Part shown: positions 1-9,485 of the stretch, in pieces
How positions within the stretch are numbered: the stretch's first letter is position 1
How the letters are laid out: each line of letters opens with the position of its first letter
Assembly (NCBI GenBank): GCA_963781885.1
Contig: CAWAHW010000001.1
Location: 320,001 to 384,000 of the forward strand
DNA length: 64,000 nucleotides
DNA from: an uncultured Spirochaetota bacterium
GTDB lineage: Bacteria; Spirochaetota; Spirochaetia; SZUA-6; Fen-1364
Reading direction: 5' to 3'
Translations under genes and position numbers: made by a program
The notes under the pieces: generated by a model
What the model was told of the DNA's origin: nothing
What the model saw: only the letters and a program-made list of their open reading frames with translations
Database searches by the model: none

Positions 1-216
1 GCCTCCTTCCTCACCGCGCGCACGAAACGCCTTCCCGTGCTCCTTCTGGACGACGTCCTGCTCGAGCTCGACCCTGACCGCAAGCGCGCGTTCCTCTCGC
101 GCTTCCCCCCGTACGAGCAGGCCTTTTTCACGTTCCTCCCGGACGAGGCGTGGCAGGCGTACAAGACTCCTGCCACGATGGTGCTCTCCGTGGAGGGAGG
201 GGATTTCCGGGCATGA
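1..216 (+). CDS. recF: DNA replication/repair protein RecF, 3' end (partial)
   Basis: Frame 1 reads ...KRLPVLLLDDVLLELDPDRKRAFL...GGDFRA*, the RecF Walker B/D-loop. It lies directly upstream of DUF721. Confidence 0.88.
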   Translation, partial: ASFLTARTKRLPVLLLDDVLLELDPDRKRAFLSRFPPYEQAFFTFLPDEAWQAYKTPATMVLSVEGGDFRA

Positions 217-524
217 AAAAGGTGGGAGACCTCCTGCGGGAGTATCTGCGGGAAAAGGGATGGCTTTCGGGAAGTCCCTATGACCAACTCTTCCACGACT
301 GGGCAAAGATAGCCGGCGAGGGACTGTCGCGCCACACGCGGCTGGTGGATGTCCAGAAGGGCATCCTCCTGGTGGAGGTCGATCACCCGGGGTGGCTGCA
401 GATGCTGCAGTTGCGGCGGGAGGGCATCCTGGCGGCCGCGCGCCGTGCCGCCCCCGATGTGGCGCTGGAGGGCATCAAGGCGCGGGTCCGCGCGGAGACC
501 GATCCGACGAGCGGCGACCGTTGA
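213..524 (+). CDS. DUF721/DciA family protein
   Basis: ATG at 213 overlaps the recF stop (ATGA). W..I.G......T....V..G.L.V.V....W pattern and position after recF are typical. Confidence 0.85.
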   Translation: MKKVGDLLREYLREKGWLSGSPYDQLFHDWAKIAGEGLSRHTRLVDVQKGILLVEVDHPGWLQMLQLRREGILAAARRAAPDVALEGIKARVRAETDPTSGDR

Positions 525-550
525 CACGACGCGGGGCCCCGCCCTATATT
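521..550 (+). promoter_or_regulatory. sigma70-type promoter for the rpmH operon
   Basis: TTGACA (521-526), N18, TATATT (545-550). Confidence 0.55.
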
Positions 551-618
551 CTATCGGACCTACCCATAACATAGAAACAGACACCTGCTCGTCAGGTTTT
601 AGCAAGGAGCACTTTCCC

Positions 619-774
619 ATGAAGCGGACGTATCAGCCCAGCAAGACAAAAAGAACGAGGAAATTCGGTTTTCGCGCCCGGATGGCCACCAAGGGGGGCC
701 GACTCGTTCTGAAACGCAGGCGCGCAAAAGGCCGGATCAAGCTCACGGCCTCCGATGAGAAGAAGCCTTACTAG
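619..774 (+). CDS. rpmH: 50S ribosomal protein L34
   Basis: [39 protein letters not shown]; SD AAGGAG upstream. Confidence 0.98.
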   Translation: MKRTYQPSKTKRTRKFGFRARMATKGGRLVLKRRRAKGRIKLTASDEKKPY

Positions 775-1096
775 ACAGGAGCGACTCCGCAGAAGCACCG
801 ACATCAGGGAGCTTTTCTCCGCGGCGCGCCGTGTCGAGTCGCGGGGGCTCCGGCTCCTGTTCCGGGATAATGGGAGCCCGACAACACGTTTTGCGGTTGT
901 CGTGACGCGCGGCTCCGGCGGGGCTGTCAAGAGAAACCGTGAGAAAAGGATCACGAGGGAGGCATACCGCTCCCTCATGGAAACGGTACGCCCGGGCGTC
1001 AACCTGGTCTTCCTCGTCGTGCGACGCGGAAGCCCGTTCGCGGAGAGGCGGGCGGTCATGGGGCAGTTGCTCGGCCGGGCAGGTCTCCATGTCTGA
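755..1096 (+). CDS. rnpA: Ribonuclease P protein component
   Basis: ERLRR...[10 protein letters not shown] (RNR motif); follows rpmH. Confidence 0.95.
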   Translation: MRRSLTRQERLRRSTDIRELFSAARRVESRGLRLLFRDNGSPTTRFAVVVTRGSGGAVKRNREKRITREAYRSLMETVRPGVNLVFLVVRRGSPFAERRAVMGQLLGRAGLHV

Positions 1097-1111
1097 CGGA
1101 ATGACAAGGCC

Positions 1112-1321
1112 GTGAAGTTCATCGCGGTTTTCCTGATCACCGTCTACCAGAAGATCATCTCCCCTGCTTTTCCCCCCTCCTGCCGCTACTATCCCACCTG
1201 TTCGCAATATGCCCGGGAAGCCATCATGAAGCACGGCTTCCTCAAGGGATCGTACCTGGCCGCCCGGAGATTGCTCCGCTGTCATCCCTTCCACGCGGGG
1301 GGATACGACCCTGTACCCTGA
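1112..1321 (+). CDS. yidD: Membrane protein insertion efficiency factor
   Basis: [18 protein letters not shown]...[17 protein letters not shown]. Confidence 0.96.
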   Translation: MKFIAVFLITVYQKIISPAFPPSCRYYPTCSQYAREAIMKHGFLKGSYLAARRLLRCHPFHAGGYDPVP

Positions 1322-1334
1322 TAGAGAAGGACGT

Positions 1335-3238
1335 ATGGATAGGAAAACGCTGTTAGCTGTCGTTCTTTCGGTCGTCATCATCGTCGCGGGGCTCATCATT
1401 CAGCCCCTGCTGTTCCCCCCCAAGCACCCGGCGGTTTCCGCAACCCCGACGACCTCGCCCCGGCACCGGCGGCGCAACCCGCCGCGGGATCCCCAGCCAC
1501 GCAGACCGCCCCCGCCCCCACCCCTGCGCCATCCAGCGCGACGGGCCTTGTGAACAGTCCCGTGGCAACCAGCGTGGCGACGGCGGTTCCGGGTGTGGTC
1601 GCGGCCCTGCCTGAGTCTGCCCCGCCTGCGTCCCAGAGCGATACCATCACCCGGGAGACGGACCTCTATACCATCACCTTCAGCACCAATGGGGGCACGC
1701 TTGCGTCCGTAAAGCTCAAGAAGTTCAAGAACCTGGACGGCTCCCCGGTGGAGATGCTGCTCCGACCGAAAGGCGACCCCGCGGGCGAGCTTCCCTTTGC
1801 CATCAGCTTCGGCGACTACAAGGCCGCGCAGGTTGACGTGCCCTTCACGCTGCACGAGACAACGGGCGACCAGTCCACCTATGATTTCTCCCGGACCTTC
1901 TCCTCCCAGACCGGCATCCCCTTTACGCTCCACAAGACCTACGTCTTCGACAAGGACGAATACCTCTTCGAGATGCGCGTGACGATTGAGAACTCGGTGA
2001 ACGACTACCCGAGCCTCAATTTCGGCGGGTACGCCTACACGCTCACCCTTGGACCCCAGATCGGACCGCACTACACGAAGCTCGACGGCAGGAACGACTA
2101 CCGCAACTACGCCTACTGGGCGGACAACAAGCGCCAGGACCCGCGCGTGGGCATGGGCGCCCTGAAGGAGCTGGACAAGCGCGTTGCCTGGACGGGCATC
2201 GTGGGCAAGTACTTCACGGCGATCGCGGTGCCGGACGCCACGCAGTACCACCTCGTCTATGACTCGCGGAAGCTCGTGGAGGGCTATGACCGGTCGAACA
2301 TCGACTTCGAGCGGCCCGTACTTTCCGCCGCCAAGAGCACCGACACCTTCCGATTCTATATGGGCCCCATGAAGAAGGAGATCCTCTCCCTCTACAACGA
2401 TTCGTCGAAGAACCAGTTCCAGATCTCGGGCCTCCACGCGGACGAGGTCGTCACCTCCTCTGCTCTCATCGGGTGGCTTGCCACCCTCATGAAGTACGTC
2501 CTGGACTTCTTCTACCTGCTCATCCCCAACTACGGCATCGCCATCATCCTCCTCACGCTTCTCACGAAGCTCGTGTTCCTGCCGCTGACGTTCCGCAGCT
2601 CGGAGTCCATGGCGAAGATGGCGGCGCTCAACCCGAAGATGACGGAGATCCGCGCGCGGCTGAAGGACAAGCCCGAGAAGATGAACCAGGAGATCGCGGA
2701 GCTGTACAAGCGGGAGAAGGTCAATCCGCTGTCGGGGTGTCTCCCGCTGCTCCTCCAGCTCCCGGTGTTCTTCGCCCTGTACAACCTGCTCAACAGCCAC
2801 TTCGAGCTGCGCGGGGCGCTTTTCATCCCGGGCTGGATTCCCGATCTCTCGGCGCCCGAATCCGTGTGGAACTTCCCCTTCACCATTCCGCTGGTCGGGT
2901 GGACGGCGCTCCGGGTCCTGCCGCTCCTGATGGTGGCAAGCCAGCTCCTTTCCAGCAAGTTCACGCAGCCGTCCAGCGCACCGCAGCAGGGTGGCGCGCA
3001 GGCGAAGCTCTTCATGTACGTGTTGCCCATCGTATTTCTTTTCATCCTCTACGATATGCCGTCGGGGCTTGTCCTCTACTGGACGGTCCAGAACGTCCTC
3101 TCCACGGCGCAGCAGGTCTACATCAACTGGCTGCGGAAAAAGAAGGAGGCAGACTCGGGCTCCGGCTCCAGTCAAACCCCCGTGCTGGTGAGGGGCGGCT
3201 CCAAGCCGGGTGGCAAGGTCATCGCAAAGGGCAAATAG
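1335..3238 (+). CDS. yidC: Membrane protein insertase YidC (one frameshift near 1458-1461, probably a sequencing error)
   Basis: N-terminal TM (MDRKTLLAVVLS) is in one frame. The periplasmic and core domains (NYGIAIILLT, NPLSGCLPLLLQLPVF, PSGLVLYW) are in ORF 1550..3238. Adding one C to the C4 run joins them. Confidence 0.93.
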
Positions 3239-3264
3239 GATAATCACAGTCCAAGGAGACCCAC

Positions 3265-3996
3265 ATGATCGTGAAAGAGTTCGAAGGGAAAAACGAGAAA
3301 GAGGCCATCGACCGCGCCATCGAGGAGCTCGGGCTTGACCGCAACGAGATCGATTTCGAGATCGTCGAGGCGAAGAAAGCGGGCATCCTCTTCCGCGGGG
3401 GCAAGGTGAAGATACGCGTCCACCTGATGGAAGAGCAGGAGGAGCTGGAGGAGGACGAGGAGCCCGGGCCGGGCAACCGCCGCGATCCCCACGAGCCGGC
3501 CCCCCGCAAGGCGCCGCTTGCCGCGACCGGTGAGCTGGAGCCGAAGGTGATCGAGTTCACGCGCGGCCTCCTGGACAGGATGGGCTTCCCCGCCGAGGTC
3601 TCGGTGAACTTCCGTGAAGAGGGACGCGTGGGCCTGGACATCGAAAGCGACGGCTCGGGCATCCTCATCGGCAAGCAGGGAAAGACCCTGGAGGCGCTGC
3701 AGTTCATCGTCAATCTCGCCGCGGGCCGCATGGGCGGCGACACGACGCGCATCGTTCTGGACACCCAGGATTACCGCAGCCGCCGTGAGCGCGCCCTCAT
3801 CCGCATGGGCAACCAGGTCGCGGAACAGGTCCGGCGCAGCCGCGAGTCGGAGCTCCTGGAGCCGCTGAACCCCTTCGAGCGGCGCCTGATCCACACGTCC
3901 CTTGCGCGCTACGGCGACATCGAGACGGTGAGCGAGGGCGACGGCCTGTACAAGCGCATCCGCGTGATCTGGCGCGGCGATCGCGACGGCCAGTAG
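3265..3996 (+). CDS. jag: RNA-binding protein Jag/EloR/KhpB (Jag_N, KH, R3H)
   Basis: EFEGK..KEAI..A N-terminus, KH GILIGKQGKTLEALQ, R3H ERRLIH; follows yidC. Confidence 0.93.
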   Translation: MIVKEFEGKNEKEAIDRAIEELGLDRNEIDFEIVEAKKAGILFRGGKVKIRVHLMEEQEELEEDEEPGPGNRRDPHEPAPRKAPLAATGELEPKVIEFTRGLLDRMGFPAEVSVNFREEGRVGLDIESDGSGILIGKQGKTLEALQFIVNLAAGRMGGDTTRIVLDTQDYRSRRERALIRMGNQVAEQVRRSRESELLEPLNPFERRLIHTSLARYGDIETVSEGDGLYKRIRVIWRGDRDGQ

Positions 3997-4006
3997 GAGG
4001 AGCGGC

Positions 4007-4237
4007 ATGCCGATCTTCGAATACAAATGCCAGGAGTGCAAGGAGGACTTCGAGCTCCTCGTGCGCGCGGAAACGCGCATCGCCTGTCCTGCCTGCGACA
4101 GCGAAAGGGTCATGAAGAAGCTGAGCCTTTTCGCCGCGCACATGGCACGGCCTTCGCAAGAGGTGCCTGCCTGTCATACGGGCGAATGCGGCTGTGACCT
4201 TGGCAAGTGCGGGTCAGGTTACTGCGGAGTCGAGTAG
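4007..4237 (+). CDS. FmdB family zinc-ribbon protein
   Basis: MPIFEYKCQEC...FE...CPACDS, plus a Cys-rich tail. Confidence 0.85.
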   Translation: MPIFEYKCQECKEDFELLVRAETRIACPACDSERVMKKLSLFAAHMARPSQEVPACHTGECGCDLGKCGSGYCGVE

Positions 4238-4247
4238 AGGCTTCATC

Positions 4248-5111
4248 CTAGGGATACGTTACGCCGCCGAGCGTTTCTCCAAGTTCCCACAGTCGTCTTG
4301 CGTCATTCAGATCGTGAGACGCTTTAGAGGCCTCAAGCTCTCTGCTTTCTTTCCAGTAGCCTGACGTTTTGCCTTTAATAGAAGCGTCTACAGCAAGGAA
4401 TGCAACCGATTGTGCCGCTTCTGCCGGACTTATCCCGTTACGCGTCCGCATCTTCCAAATCAATTTCACGATGCCGCCATTGCCTTTGAGGCCGATATCG
4501 GTCTTCACGAGCCCCGGGTCCACTGCGTGGCAGGCGATCGTGGACGAGCTTCCAAGACGGCGGGCAAGCTCGTGTGTGAAAAGCACCAGGGCGAGCTTCG
4601 ACTGGTCGTATGCCTTCAGGCCGTTGTAGCCGCGTCGAAGGCCGGGGTCCTTCCAGTGCATCCTGCCCGCGTAGTGAGAGCCCGAGCTCACGGAGATCAC
4701 GCGGGCGGCCGGTGCCGCGCGCAGGAGTGGCAGCAGCAGCCCCGTGAGAAGGAACGCGCTGAGCCAGTTCACCGCGAGCTGCGTTTCAAGCCCGTCGCAG
4801 GTGAGCCGGCGCCTGAATGTGAAGGTGCCGGCATTGTTGATGAGGACGTCGACACGCGAGGCGAGTCGGGCGATGTCCGCGGCAAGCCTGCGAATCTCGG
4901 ACATGCTGGCCAGGTCGGCGGACAGGAATATCACCTGCCGATTGCCCGTGCGGGACGTTATCGCCGTGCATGCCTCCGCGCAGCGCGCCGACGATCGCCC
5001 GACCCCGATGACACGCGCCCCCTGCGCCGCGAGTCGGACCGCCACTTCACGGCCGATGCCCGAGGTGGCGCCCGTGATCACGCACGTCTTGCCTTTCATG
5101 TGGTCATCCAT
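4248..5111 (-). CDS. SDR oxidoreductase (retinol dehydrogenase-like)
   Basis: TGATSGIG, NNAG, VSS, YDQSK (YxxxK), PGLVKT. Confidence 0.9.
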   Translation of the reverse strand: MDDHMKGKTCVITGATSGIGREVAVRLAAQGARVIGVGRSSARCAEACTAITSRTGNRQVIFLSADLASMSEIRRLAADIARLASRVDVLINNAGTFTFRRRLTCDGLETQLAVNWLSAFLLTGLLLPLLRAAPAARVISVSSGSHYAGRMHWKDPGLRRGYNGLKAYDQSKLALVLFTHELARRLGSSSTIACHAVDPGLVKTDIGLKGNGGIVKLIWKMRTRNGISPAEAAQSVAFLAVDASIKGKTSGYWKESRELEASKASHDLNDARRLWELGETLGGVTYP

Positions 5112-5118
5112 GCAGAGC

Positions 5119-5964
5119 CTACGCAGGGGCGGCCGCTGTCCGCGCCACCTCTTGCCGCGCCGCCGACGGGGATTCCGCCGTGCCCCAGCGGCGGGCGATC
5201 ACCGACATGTAGAGGCGCCGGGGAACCACGCGGCTTGCCCGCACGAGGACGCGGTTGACCGCACCCGGGACGATCAGAGCTTTTCCGCGGAAGAGACCCG
5301 CGAGCGCGGCGCGCGCCACCTCGTCAGGGTACTTGCAGGTGACCCTGCCCGCCCAGCCCTGGCGCGCGATCAGCTCGCGCGTGCCGCGGTTCGTGCGGAT
5401 GCCGTTGGGGCAGAGCACGCTCACACCGATGCCGGTGGAGCGAAGCTCCGCGCGGAGGACCTGGCTGAATGTGAGCACGAAGCTCTTCGTGGACGAATAG
5501 ACGGGCATCGACGGCATGGGGAAGTAGGCGCCGAGGCTCGCCACGTTGAGGATCCACGCATGCCGCTGCTTCTGCAGCACGGGCAGGATCTGCCGCGTCA
5601 TGCGCACGAGGCCCGCCACGTTCAGCTGCATGGTTGCCTCGTTGTGCTCTTCGGCGGATTGGGAGAACCGCGCGGTGAACCCCACGCCGGCATTGTTGAT
5701 GAGCGTGTCGACGGCGTAGCCTTTTGCGCGCGTGCGCGCCTCCACGGCAGCCGGCGTCTTCGGGTCGGTAAGGTCCGCCTCTATCGGCTCGATGCGCACC
5801 GCGTAGGCGCGCGCGAGGACCCGGGCGACGTCGCAAAGACCTGTCTGGGGAAGCGCCACCAGCACGAGGTCCATGCCCCGGCCGGCACATTCCTCCGCGA
5901 GAGCCCTTCCGAGCCCCTGGCTGGCCCCCGTGATCAGCGCGCAGCGCGCCTTGTTTTCATGCAT
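5119..5964 (-). CDS. Classical SDR oxidoreductase
   Basis: TGASQGLG, NNAG, YSSTK. Start taken at MHENK after a purine-rich SD. Confidence 0.88.
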   Translation of the reverse strand: MHENKARCALITGASQGLGRALAEECAGRGMDLVLVALPQTGLCDVARVLARAYAVRIEPIEADLTDPKTPAAVEARTRAKGYAVDTLINNAGVGFTARFSQSAEEHNEATMQLNVAGLVRMTRQILPVLQKQRHAWILNVASLGAYFPMPSMPVYSSTKSFVLTFSQVLRAELRSTGIGVSVLCPNGIRTNRGTRELIARQGWAGRVTCKYPDEVARAALAGLFRGKALIVPGAVNRVLVRASRVVPRRLYMSVIARRWGTAESPSAARQEVARTAAAPA

Positions 5965-6119
5965 TCCCTTTTCTCCTTTTCCCCCCATCAGACGGCCGCA
6001 GGCGCCGTCACCCTTCACCTGGCCGCAAGATATTTCCGGCCGAACGCGTGAAGTGCTTTCCCGGCGGTGCGCGTCGAATGTGTTTGACAGCGCATTCTGC
6101 GCGCGGATATGGTGAAACG

Positions 6120-6704
6120 GTGCCCCGGAGCGCGAAAACCGAGACGGTGGATGATGACGAGCTCGTCGCGCGCGTGCGCGCAGGGGAAACGCGGCTCTTT
6201 GCCCCGCTCGTCACCCGGCATGCCGATGCGGTCTACGCAATGTGCCTGCGGTTGATCGGGGACCGGGCGGAGGCGGAGGACGTGGCGCAGGAGGTTTTTC
6301 TTCGGGTCCATCGCGGCCTTGCCTCGTTTAAAGGGGATTCGGCTTTCTCGACGTGGCTGTACCGGATCACCTGGAACCTGTGCGCCGACTGGCGCCGGAG
6401 GAACCGCGCGCCCGGGCGCGTGGCAGCATCGCTGGAGACGGCCCCGGACCAGCGCGACGGAAGGGTCGACCTTGAGCGGAGTGCCATCGATGCGGAGGAG
6501 CAGGGAATCGTACGGCATGCCCTCGACGGGCTTGACGACATCTATCGCAGCGTCGTCATCCTCCATTACTATCAGAAGCTCTCCTACGAGCAGATCGCCT
6601 CGATCCTGGAGGTGCCGGTGAAGACAGTGGAGACGCGGCTCTACCGCGCGCGGCGCCAGCTCCGCGTGCGCCTGGAAAAGGCCGGGCAGGGGGCAGGCGG
6701 ATGA
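6120..6704 (+). CDS. ECF RNA polymerase sigma factor (SigW-like)
   Basis: AEDVAQEVF, FSTWLYRI, LSYEQIASILEVPVKTVETRLYRAR. Start is uncertain (GTG 6120 or GTG 6147). Confidence 0.92.
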   Translation: MPRSAKTETVDDDELVARVRAGETRLFAPLVTRHADAVYAMCLRLIGDRAEAEDVAQEVFLRVHRGLASFKGDSAFSTWLYRITWNLCADWRRRNRAPGRVAASLETAPDQRDGRVDLERSAIDAEEQGIVRHALDGLDDIYRSVVILHYYQKLSYEQIASILEVPVKTVETRLYRARRQLRVRLEKAGQGAGG

Positions 6705-7177
6705 GACACGCCCAGGTCGACTCCCTGATCGATCGCTTCGTTGACGGCGCGTGCACCCCGACAGAGGCGCATGCGGTGGAGACGCACGCGGCGGGCTGTA
6801 CGCGCTGCGCCGCGCGGCTCTCCGCGGCCCGCCGGCTCTCCGCGGCGCTAGGACGGCCGCCTGTCCTGCGGGCGCCGCCGGGCTTTGCGGCAAAGGTGAT
6901 GGACAGGGTCTACCGGCAAGCCCTGCGGCCGGCCGCTTCGGAGGCGCCGGGGAAGGTACGCGTGAGCACGATGTACCGCAGGCTGGGCTTCAGCTTCATG
7001 ATCACCGCGTTCGTCCTCACGGCAAGCCTCGTCATTCCCCGTGCGGCCTATACGTCGCTGATCGGGGCGGGGACGGGCGTCGGCGGATCGACCGCTGTAC
7101 AGAGCGTCCTGCAGAGCGCCGACCGGGCGGTACGGGGTATACTCGGAGAGCAGCAGGTGGGAGGCAACGGAGAATGA
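6701..7177 (+). CDS. Zinc-binding (ZAS) anti-sigma factor with TM segment
   Basis: HAAGCTRC (HxxxCxxC) and a hydrophobic segment; overlaps the sigma stop. Confidence 0.85.
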   Translation: MRHAQVDSLIDRFVDGACTPTEAHAVETHAAGCTRCAARLSAARRLSAALGRPPVLRAPPGFAAKVMDRVYRQALRPAASEAPGKVRVSTMYRRLGFSFMITAFVLTASLVIPRAAYTSLIGAGTGVGGSTAVQSVLQSADRAVRGILGEQQVGGNGE

Positions 7178-7839
7178 AGTGCACGAATCACCCTCGGGTG
7201 GAAGAAACGGCGCGCTGCGCCGAATGCGGCAAGCCGTACTGCGCCGCCTGCATCGTGGAGCTCGACCACCGTTCCTGGTGCCGCGATTGTCTTTCGCGCA
7301 TCCTCGCCGCACGGGGCACGGGGTCCCGGGTCCACCCGGGATGGCGGAAGCTCGCGGCCGGCCTCCTCAGCATCGTGCCGGGCGCGGGCCACATGTTCCT
7401 GGGCCTCATTGGAAAGGGCTTCATGCTCATGGGCCTGCTCATCGTCGCGGTCTTCCTCATCCTGCTCTACTCCGACGCCACCGGCATGTACTGGATGACG
7501 GCCTACCTCATCCCCACCATCGGCGTGCTCTTCCTGAGCTATGCAGTCTTCGATTCCATGGCGATCGCCGATGCGCAGAGGAGCGGCCGTCAGCCGGGCG
7601 GCACCGACGATGACGCGATGAAGATGATCTGGGAGCGGGTGCTTCTCAACCGGCGGACGCTCGGCTGGGTGATATTCCTGGCAGGCGCGGTCGGCATCCT
7701 GCGCCTTTTCGCGGACCCTTTCAGCCGCTGGACCATGGCGGTGTTCGCCGTGAGCTTCCCCCTGGCCGCCCTGGTGATCCCGGTCGTTCTTCTCATCATC
7801 GGTATCCTCCTGCTGAAAAGGAGCCGACAAGAGAAGTAA
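7174..7839 (+). CDS. B-box-type zinc-finger membrane protein
   Basis: MKCTNHP...CAECGKPYCAAC...WCRDC, then LLSIVPGAGHMFLG and about five TM helices. Confidence 0.75.
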   Translation: MKCTNHPRVEETARCAECGKPYCAACIVELDHRSWCRDCLSRILAARGTGSRVHPGWRKLAAGLLSIVPGAGHMFLGLIGKGFMLMGLLIVAVFLILLYSDATGMYWMTAYLIPTIGVLFLSYAVFDSMAIADAQRSGRQPGGTDDDAMKMIWERVLLNRRTLGWVIFLAGAVGILRLFADPFSRWTMAVFAVSFPLAALVIPVVLLIIGILLLKRSRQEK

Positions 7840-7849
7840 GAGAGGTGGC

Positions 7850-8647
7850 ATGCAGAAGACCGGCATCGCGGTCTGGGAACCGGTTGAAATCCCCCAGAAG
7901 AAATGCGCGGAATGGAAGTTCCCCCGGCGGCGCATCTGGGTGGAGCGTATTGAAACCGAATGGCACGTCCTTTCACTGCCGCACGCGCAGCGCGCGGGAG
8001 ACGCGCAATGCGCCTTCATGCCGCGGACTGCCAAGCCCACCTCATCAGAATGGCGCCACTACCTTCACCGCGACGGCGGCCCCATCCAGCCCTCGCCCGT
8101 GCTTCCCGACCGTCCCGTGGTGGTCCGGCCCGACAGGGCTCTCACGCTCCTGCCCGGGCAGAGCACGATATTCTTCCTGCAGCTCCCCGTCTGGTTTCGC
8201 CTCTCCACGTCGGGCTACCGCCCCTCCCGCATCTTCGAGGAACCGCTGGGCACCCTTTCGCGGACCTGGTTTGGCGATCCCCTGACCGGCGAGCTGTGCT
8301 GGGGGCTTGCCACTCGTCTCCACCACAGCGTCGATTCGCTCGATCCTGCCGCGGACACCGCGGTCTGCCCCCTCATGATCGAGAACGAGTCATCGGCCGA
8401 TCTGCCATTTGAGAAGATCTGTCTCCACGTGGAGAACCTGAGCGTCTTCCGCGGCACGCGACGCCTGTGGACGAACAGCCTCCACGCGGTGTTCCGGGGT
8501 CCCGAGCAGGCGACGCAGATCGAGATCATCCATACCCCGCCGGAGTACGAGCAGGGGCTCGTGCCGGTCACCGAGGCGCGCTCCCCCTCGACGGGCTGGA
8601 ATATACGCCGGACATTCGGGATGCTGAAATATTTCACCGACTTCTAG
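7850..8647 (+). CDS. DUF432-like protein
   Basis: PVLPDRPVVVRP...LTLLPGQ..IFFLQLP...LSRTWFGDPLTGELC pattern, recognised by eye. Confidence 0.65.
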   Translation: MQKTGIAVWEPVEIPQKKCAEWKFPRRRIWVERIETEWHVLSLPHAQRAGDAQCAFMPRTAKPTSSEWRHYLHRDGGPIQPSPVLPDRPVVVRPDRALTLLPGQSTIFFLQLPVWFRLSTSGYRPSRIFEEPLGTLSRTWFGDPLTGELCWGLATRLHHSVDSLDPAADTAVCPLMIENESSADLPFEKICLHVENLSVFRGTRRLWTNSLHAVFRGPEQATQIEIIHTPPEYEQGLVPVTEARSPSTGWNIRRTFGMLKYFTDF

Positions 8648-8663
8648 AGGGGGCGGGGGACAC

Positions 8664-9485
8664 ATGTTCCAACACCTGATGAACTGGTTCCGCTCACTGC
8701 CACCGGACATTTTCGCTCGAGGACTGCGCATCGCGGTCACCGTCGTGGTGGGGCTCGTCCTGGCGCGCGTGCTCGCCGTGGTGGCGCAGCGCTACGTATT
8801 CAAGAAGTCCACGCCCCAGCGCCAGATGATCGCCCGCAAGGTCATCAGCTACACGGGATTCTCCCTCGTGGTGCTGGCGGTCCTGAGCGAGCTGGGCCTG
8901 AAGCTCACCGCGCTCCTCGGGGCCGCGGGCATCGTCGGGATTGCCGTGGGTTTCGCGTCGCAGACCAGCGTGTCCAACATCATCAGCGGTCTCTTCCTCA
9001 TCTCCGAGAAGCCGTTCGCCATCGGCGATGTCATCCGCATCGGCACCACAACCGGCATCATCCAGTCCATCGACCTTCTGTCCATCAAGATCCGCACGTT
9101 CGACAACCTTTTCGTCCGCATCCCGAATGAGAAGATCCTCACCTCCGAGGTCACCAACATCACGCGTTTTCCCATCCGCAGATTGGACGTCACCTTCCAG
9201 GTGGCGTACGGTCAGGATCTCCGCCGGGTCCGCGAGGTCATCCGCGAGATCGCTGACGCCAATCCCTGGAGCCTCGACGAGCCCGAGCCGGTGATCATCC
9301 TTTCGGAGTTCAAGGAATCGGGCGTCGAGGTGCTCCTGGGCATGTGGTTCACGAAGGACGATTTTCTTCAGCTCAAGAACTCGATCATGGAGGATCTCGC
9401 CCGGCGCTTCGATTCCGCCGGGATTGGCTTCGCCCATCCCCGCAGGATCGTGCACGTCGCGGAGGCCGCGGTTCCTACCGCATGA
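8664..9485 (+). CDS. Small-conductance mechanosensitive channel (MscS family)
   Basis: GAAGIVGIAVGFASQTSVSNIISG..EKPFAIGDVI..IPNE. Confidence 0.93.
   Translation: MFQHLMNWFRSLPPDIFARGLRIAVTVVVGLVLARVLAVVAQRYVFKKSTPQRQMIARKVISYTGFSLVVLAVLSELGLKLTALLGAAGIVGIAVGFASQTSVSNIISGLFLISEKPFAIGDVIRIGTTTGIIQSIDLLSIKIRTFDNLFVRIPNEKILTSEVTNITRFPIRRLDVTFQVAYGQDLRRVREVIREIADANPWSLDEPEPVIILSEFKESGVEVLLGMWFTKDDFLQLKNSIMEDLARRFDSAGIGFAHPRRIVHVAEAAVPTA

Noticed and set aside
525-618. oriC or DnaA boxes upstream of rpmH
   Set aside because: No TTATCCACA-like cluster or AT-rich unwinding element seen; only a promoter.
1400-3247. 615-aa antisense ORF over yidC
   Set aside because: Shadow ORF from high-GC codon bias; no motifs, and the sense strand encodes a clear YidC.
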